From Eledone cirrhosa (taxonomy: Eukaryota), in assembly GCA_964016885.1 (NCBI GenBank), contig OZ024740.1, positions 373,054,001-373,118,000 on the forward strand: a DNA stretch of 64,000 bases, written 5' to 3'. The notes beneath the pieces were generated by a model, which worked only from the letters and a program-made list of their open reading frames with translations, was not told the origin of the DNA and did no database searches. Each line of letters begins with the position of its first letter. Position 1 is the first letter of the stretch. The translations under genes and the position numbers were made by a program. Positions 57,901 through 64,000 of the stretch are shown piece by piece.

Positions 57901-58573
57901 TGGGAGGGGAGGGTGGTGACAAGGGGGGCGAGGATGGAGTCGAGAAAGGCGGAGATGAGTTCGGTGGGGCAGTTGCAAGCGGAGACGATGGGGCGGCCGG
58001 GGTTGTCGGGTGTATGGAGTTTGGGGAGGAAGTAGATGGTGGGGGTGCGGGGGGTGCGGACGATGAGGTGGGGGGGAGGAGGGAGGAGGCGATAGGTCTT
58101 GGATGGTGAAGGAGACTTGTTGTTGGTAGAGGGGTGGTGGGATCGGAGGGTAGAGGGCGGTAGAAGAGGGGGTTATAGAGCTGCCTGAGGGCTTCGGCCG
58201 TGTAGAGGTCCGCGCGCCACACCACCACGGCGCCTCCGTTGTCTGCCGGTTTGATGACGATGTCATCTCGGCTACGGAGGGAGCGGAGAGCGAGGAGTTC
58301 GCCCCGTGAGATATTGTACCGTTTGGAACGGTGGCGGAAGTCGAAACGATTTACTGCGCTACGGCTGGCATCGACGAACGCGTCCAGAGTGCTAAATTGC
58401 CCTGGGGCAGGCGTCCAAGAAAATGGTCGTCGGCCAAGGGCGAGAAACGGGTCTGTGGCGTCCGGATCCGGTGGCGTTCGGCCAAAATGTGCCTGTAGCT
58501 TCGTGCGTCCCACGAATCGCTCGACTTCCGTTCGGGTGCGGAACTCGTCGCTATACGGAGTGTGGGGTATGAA
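54913..58573 (-). mobile_element. 5'-truncated Penelope-like element (Neptune-like) with long C-rich 3' UTR
   Basis: Frameshifted RT (DIVIKPADNGGAVVVW, MGTRMGPNYANLFVG, YGRYIDDCIG) and GIY-YIG (CSRPRCNTC, YVGQTGRRLADRFTEH); decayed hammerhead at about 55003-55036 (cctaaggaagggtttatgcccgaaacgtcgtt); ends at (TA)n. Confidence 0.9.
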
Positions 58574-58709
58574 GCGATATATTGAGTATATTTTGGTTGT
58601 TTACCGACACCTCACCTCCAGAGGTGACTTTGACCCTGTGTCAGTGTGGGTGTATCCAGATGTGGGCGTATATGGAATTATGTGTATGCGTGCATGTATG
58701 CTTGTGTGC

Positions 58710-59090
58710 CACTGTGTAGACGTAATATGGGAATGCACTTGAGCCTGTGTTTGTGCATGTGTGGTTGCAACTGTGTGAGTTGACAAACTTACACGAATAT
58801 GCACTTTATGCTGAAATAAGTATTGTAGTCCTTTACACATCGGGATGTTAACACATAGGTTTTTTTGGTATTTTTCACTCCACTTTTACCTCATTTGTTT
58901 AAAACGCACCCACCTTTTATTAGACTGTGTGGACGTAAATAGGTGAATGCACCGAGCCTGTGTCTATACGTGTGCACGCACAACGGTGCGCGCTGACTGA
59001 CAATCACACGTACATATTCCATACTATATTCTAGAATAAGAATTGCAATTCTTTACACTTCTCGATTCTTATACACAGCTTTTTTTTATT
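58710..59090. repeat. Diverged tandem duplication (about 213-bp period)
   Basis: actgtgt.gacgtaa..gaatgcac..gagcctgtgt..ctttacac recurs at 58711 and 58924. Confidence 0.6.
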
Positions 59091-60898
59091 TTAGTTTATA
59101 TTTTTCAAAATGTTTGATATTGGTTGTGACACACGCATCCTTTATTTGTTTGGCATACCCCACCACATGAAATGATGGCAGGATAGATGCCAGTCTACAC
59201 ACACGAATTATTCAGACCATAGCAGCAGCATACTAAAGTTGACCTGCTAACTGACCTCTTAACACCACTACCACTACCCACGCCGTCAAGGAGGTCAGCT
59301 GTACTTAAACATTCTGACAAAAAACAACTATAACAGACTGACCTGCTCAGAAGAATTTCTATAGACTTTTGACTGAGGAGTGGTCTCACAACTGACCAAT
59401 GGTGATATTACAAATAGTTTAATTTCACGGAATATATTGGGAATGTACGTTCCTAATAAAATCGTGCCACTGTATAGCACCCATGCTATCACCGCAAACA
59501 GCATCCCTTTTCAGCATGCCTTAATTAACTTCATTAGCGCAATAATCTTTATAGGTCTCTATTTTGTCAAAGAAAACAAGGATCATATTTTCAAATTGCT
59601 TTTCTACATAGGGCAAATGTATTTACAAGATCACTTTTCTTCGTCATTATATCATCAATCAGGCAAGATTTTCCACAAATGTACCATAAGCCTGCGAGGA
59701 AACATGCATAGATATTAAATATCCTTGAGGCCAAATTCTGCCGTCGTAGAGAGTGACACATTGAGCAACATAAGGTTCTATGCTACATAGAAAAAGAACG
59801 TCACTGCTAGAGCCCCTTTGCATTTAGTGATGACCTCATCCTAATCAATCATATAACATTCCGTGGAAACGAAAGTATGCTTGGTATGAAATGACAAATT
59901 AGTTAACCAGATGAATATTTTATTTATTTTTTTCAAAACAACATATCCTTTAGTTGGTATGCATTTATAACATCGACAAAATATTTAAAATAAATTAGAC
60001 TTAACCCGTTGATGCTATACTACGGAAAACTCGACTTTGTCTCACAATACCTTCAAATATTTACTTTTCCTTAAGTACAAGTCAAGTAATGTAATGAAGA
60101 ATCATTTTAAAAAATCGTTTAATGCTCTTCATGAGAGGACACTATATCTTCTCTGAATATTAAATCCGTAGTCAGTAGAAAATATTGAAATACTATATTC
60201 TATAACAAGATCAATGTGCTATTGTTGCAGTGAAGCATACTAGAAATAATGATAAACTGTCGTCAGCGGTAAATTGTTAGGTACTTCTTTTATTGATTTC
60301 GTAAAGAGAATGAAGCATGAGTGTATATCGTTAATGCAAGTGTGTGTAACTACGTTGGTACACTTATATGTATAAGCAGATACGTAGACTCTATTCAATC
60401 TCTGACAGAAAAACACGTTTCAAATTCAGTGTCTGTCTCCGCTTAACTCTGTTGTTCTAATGAGAAATAGAAACCCATAGATGCATATAATACGATGCTT
60501 AACTTAGAAATTGTGATGTTAATTGCCATATCGATAACTGTTCATTAACAGTAAACAAAGATTATTTTCACTCAGCTCTTCCACATATATTTTCATTTTT
60601 GTTCCTAGCTACGTGTGTTAACGATATTAGATACGCATGTCTTACATGAGCTAGTCAACTATATTCCATGATATACAAAAGGTGTTTCTTTTATTCTTCG
60701 TTCCACTTCATTATTACATCTGATAAGTGCGGCAGGATAAGTGTAGGGTCGTTGGAAAACGTTACCTGTTGTATTTTCAATATCGATTAAATAAAGTACC
60801 AGTAAATTACTGGATCGGTATAATCTATTTCCCCTTTCCCCAACATTGTTGGTCTTATGCCTCAATTAGAATTGAGTATTACATCTGGTACATTGTAA

Positions 60899-60968
60899 CA
60901 TATTTGTTAATGAAAGATATTTGCTAATGAAACATATTTGCTAATGAAACATATTTGCTAATGAAACA
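60899..60968. repeat. 17-bp minisatellite, 4 copies (catatttgctaatgaaa)
   Basis: Directly visible. Confidence 0.9.
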
Positions 60969-61411
60969 AAGGTATGAGTGCCCCATTGTGACGTTCAAAA
61001 CGTGCTGCTTGGTTGAGCCCCAACACGTTTACATTTAAATATAATAAGTATTATTTACTACTCTTCATGGAATATATTTGCATCAGTTTTGTATAATTAT
61101 TCTACAATTATAGAATAATTGTAAATGACCCTGCCTTGTCATTAATGTTTCTACAGGGAAAGTTTTTTCACCAAATATCACATATGGAGACATTCATGAA
61201 AAGATCATATCACATTTCTATGTGACTGAAATAATATACGTAGTGTGCTCTGAGCTAAGTAGCGGTATTTTCTTTAAGCGATTTATTACATAAGATTTTA
61301 TTGTATTCTTGAATGAATCTTTTATCATTCTCAATACATTGGTGCAACAATGGATATTATTTCTTTTTTAAATTACCACATTCTCTTTATAGGAATTTCC
61401 TGTTTAGAAAT

Positions 61412-61595
61412 ATAATTGTTTCTACTATTGGCACAATGCCAGCAATTGCCCCAGTACGACCTGTACTTTATTTTATCGATCCCGTAAGGGTGAAAGGCAA
61501 AGTAAACGTCGGCGGGATTTGAACTCACACCATAAAGGGGCGTAACTCTATGTTGCAAAGCATGGCGTCCGACCTTCTACTGGCACTGCAATGCC
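61412..61595 (-). mobile_element. tRNA-derived SINE
   Basis: ggcacaatgccagcaatt..ttttatcgatccc..gaaaggcaaagt..ggatttgaactca; third copy in the window. Confidence 0.75.
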
Positions 61596-62314
61596 ATAAA
61601 TTGGAATGGATACATCTATTAAAAATCATACTATTTACCTGATCATTGTACTCTCTGGATTATATTCCCTTTCTGTATTAGCTTTTGTTTGATATTCTCA
61701 TATAGTTTTGAGTGCAGCTTCGTGAAATATTAAACGTTTTTATGCTGAGAATATGCGTGATGCCTCTTCTGGGAATTATTATTTCATTCACGTAATTATA
61801 CACGGGTTTAACATGCCGCTCACATTTCATTCTAATTAAATATATCTCCGAAATAATTTACCGATATCTTGGCATTGTTTCTTTTTCTCTCATTCTGGAA
61901 TGCGTCTATGGCTCTTGGCTCTGCTGATACATTATCTCTCATTGACATTGGCAATGAAGCGTTTCATTTATATTAATTATACGTGTTCTGATTAGCTAAT
62001 CTCTCTAGTGTAATGTTTTTATTTAGCTGCGATATCTCCACAATTACTTATTCACTCTGCTTGCTTCTGTACATTTTCATATCAATTCCATTGAACGATT
62101 TTGCGTTTCATACAAAGGGATGTAAATTTACAATATGTTATAATAGCTTCGTAGGTATAGATTTGGATAACACAGTATATGTTCGCTTCCGCATCTTATT
62201 TGATATTACATATGTTTCATTGCAACAAATATTCCCTTTACGCATTTCATATTTTTGGTTGTATGAACGCTCCAAATCTGAGATGCACGTATCTATGCAT
62301 GTATATATCTATTC

Positions 62315-62446
<132 letters not shown>

Positions 62447-63853
62447 CCATTTGCTTAAAATGAATCGTTTTTAAAAACCAACACACTGATATACAGTCGT
62501 ATCATTTTCTTTTCTGGTTCTTAACGTATTCAAGTGATTTATCTCAGAATATTTTGTTGTTGCTATATTACAGGTGTCATTTTATCATTTTAGGAATAAA
62601 TCATAGCCATAATATAGAAGAAAATACGATATTTTTCCTCTGGTTTTCTTCGGTCTAAAGAAAGATTTATTGATTATAAAACTCTTAACTATTTCTAATT
62701 TTAGAATAATGCGTTATTCAAATTTTTCCATATTTAGAATTTCCCCTTCTTATATCTCTTTTATGGACACTTTTAGCAAGTTATAATTTACTGCTGCTTT
62801 TTTTGCGCACTTTATTTGTAATCTGAAGGTACTCGAGTGTTGGATTTGATTTGCCAAAACAATAATGTACCCCATTACAAAAGTAGATGTGAATGGTATC
62901 AAACTGATATTTCTAAGACTAAATGATTAAAAGATGAAGTAATCATTACAGAGTGCATTTACCTCTTTTAAACTAATGACTAAGAATCCCAACACTAAAC
63001 GGTAACACTAAATCATACACGTTATATGTGTATAGGATTAGTTGATTTAACCTTGTTTGGTATACTTAATGATGAATAGTAGAGCTAATCTTGGGAGGTC
63101 GATTTAATCTTAGGTGGTAGATTTAATCTGCCGACCGGTTAACACCACAAACTAACTGGGTGCCCCTGGGTGTGTCTAATCTGTTGGAAGTATTAAGAAA
63201 AGGTTTCCGCTTTGAATGTACTTTCCCACTTCCTACCAGTCTCTCAAAAGTGTCATGAGCATTGTTATTTTTCACTGCCAGAAATGTAGGAAATTAAAAT
63301 AAATTCTATTTCATATGACTTCGGATTATTATATCTGACTATATTTCTGACTATATTTCTGAATATATAGGATACGTAACTGGAACTTTCAATTTCAAAT
63401 AGTCTTTGCTAAAATATTATAATGGCCTTTCAGCATTTGAAAGAGAGTAATGTTATAATACCTGTTGTATTTAGTATTACTATAGCCAATGTTTGGTATG
63501 GTATTTTAGTAGTGGTTACACATTTTAATTTATTCCATTCAAATAGGGATGATAAATGATTGTATTGTATTTATTTATATGTTATGAATAAAATTGGTTG
63601 AATTTTAATCACTATGTGATATGGTTGCTGTCACATTACCGTGTACATCCATTAATTCACAATGCACACACATCTCAACGCACACAAATAAAAAACGTAT
63701 AGATACGTTAACGTTCATTCTATAGGGTTATTTGTTGTTTGACTCTGAGTGCGTCGAAAATTATTGCACACATTTATACATGCACACATACATGTACACA
63801 CACACACGCACGCACCCCCCCATATATATATATATATATATATGCATATATAC

Positions 63854-63901
<48 letters not shown>

Positions 63902-64000
63902 TTTTACTCTTTTACCTGCTCCAGCCATCCGGCTGAGGCCATGCTGGGGCTTATATATATATATATATATATCTTAGTAAAAAGGAAAATCAATTGCTGA

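Overview
Eukaryotic, gene-poor, very AT-rich window, probably from an octopus or other cephalopod (inferred from the SINE families and giant (TA)n arrays). It has one 200-N assembly gap at 11123-11322. No intact host protein gene can be supported, and almost all ORF-track entries are microsatellite translations. The real content is retroelements. (i) Many Penelope-like element (PLE) pieces sit in (TA)n, including RT/GIY-YIG remnants and non-coding fold-back modules; about 15-20 intact or decayed type I hammerhead ribozyme motifs from many unrelated families can be read by eye. (ii) A (TAA)n-associated LINE cluster at 38-48 kb holds a near-full-length R4/Dong-like element with a triplicated 3' end, a second truncated R4-like family and a Tx1/L1-like element. 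(iii) CR1/L2 and RTE remnants and tRNA-derived SINEs are scattered throughout. (iv) There is an intronless, 3'-truncated AP-1 mu subunit (AP1M1) retrocopy. The two most interesting signals are a covarying multi-pseudoknot RNA motif shared by the R4/Dong 5' UTR (39589-39734, +) and an unrelated short element (35163-35304, -), and the AP1M1 retrocopy being joined at its 3' break to a hammerhead-like stub instead of a poly(A) tail. All structures were paired by eye; no folding, alignment or database search was run.
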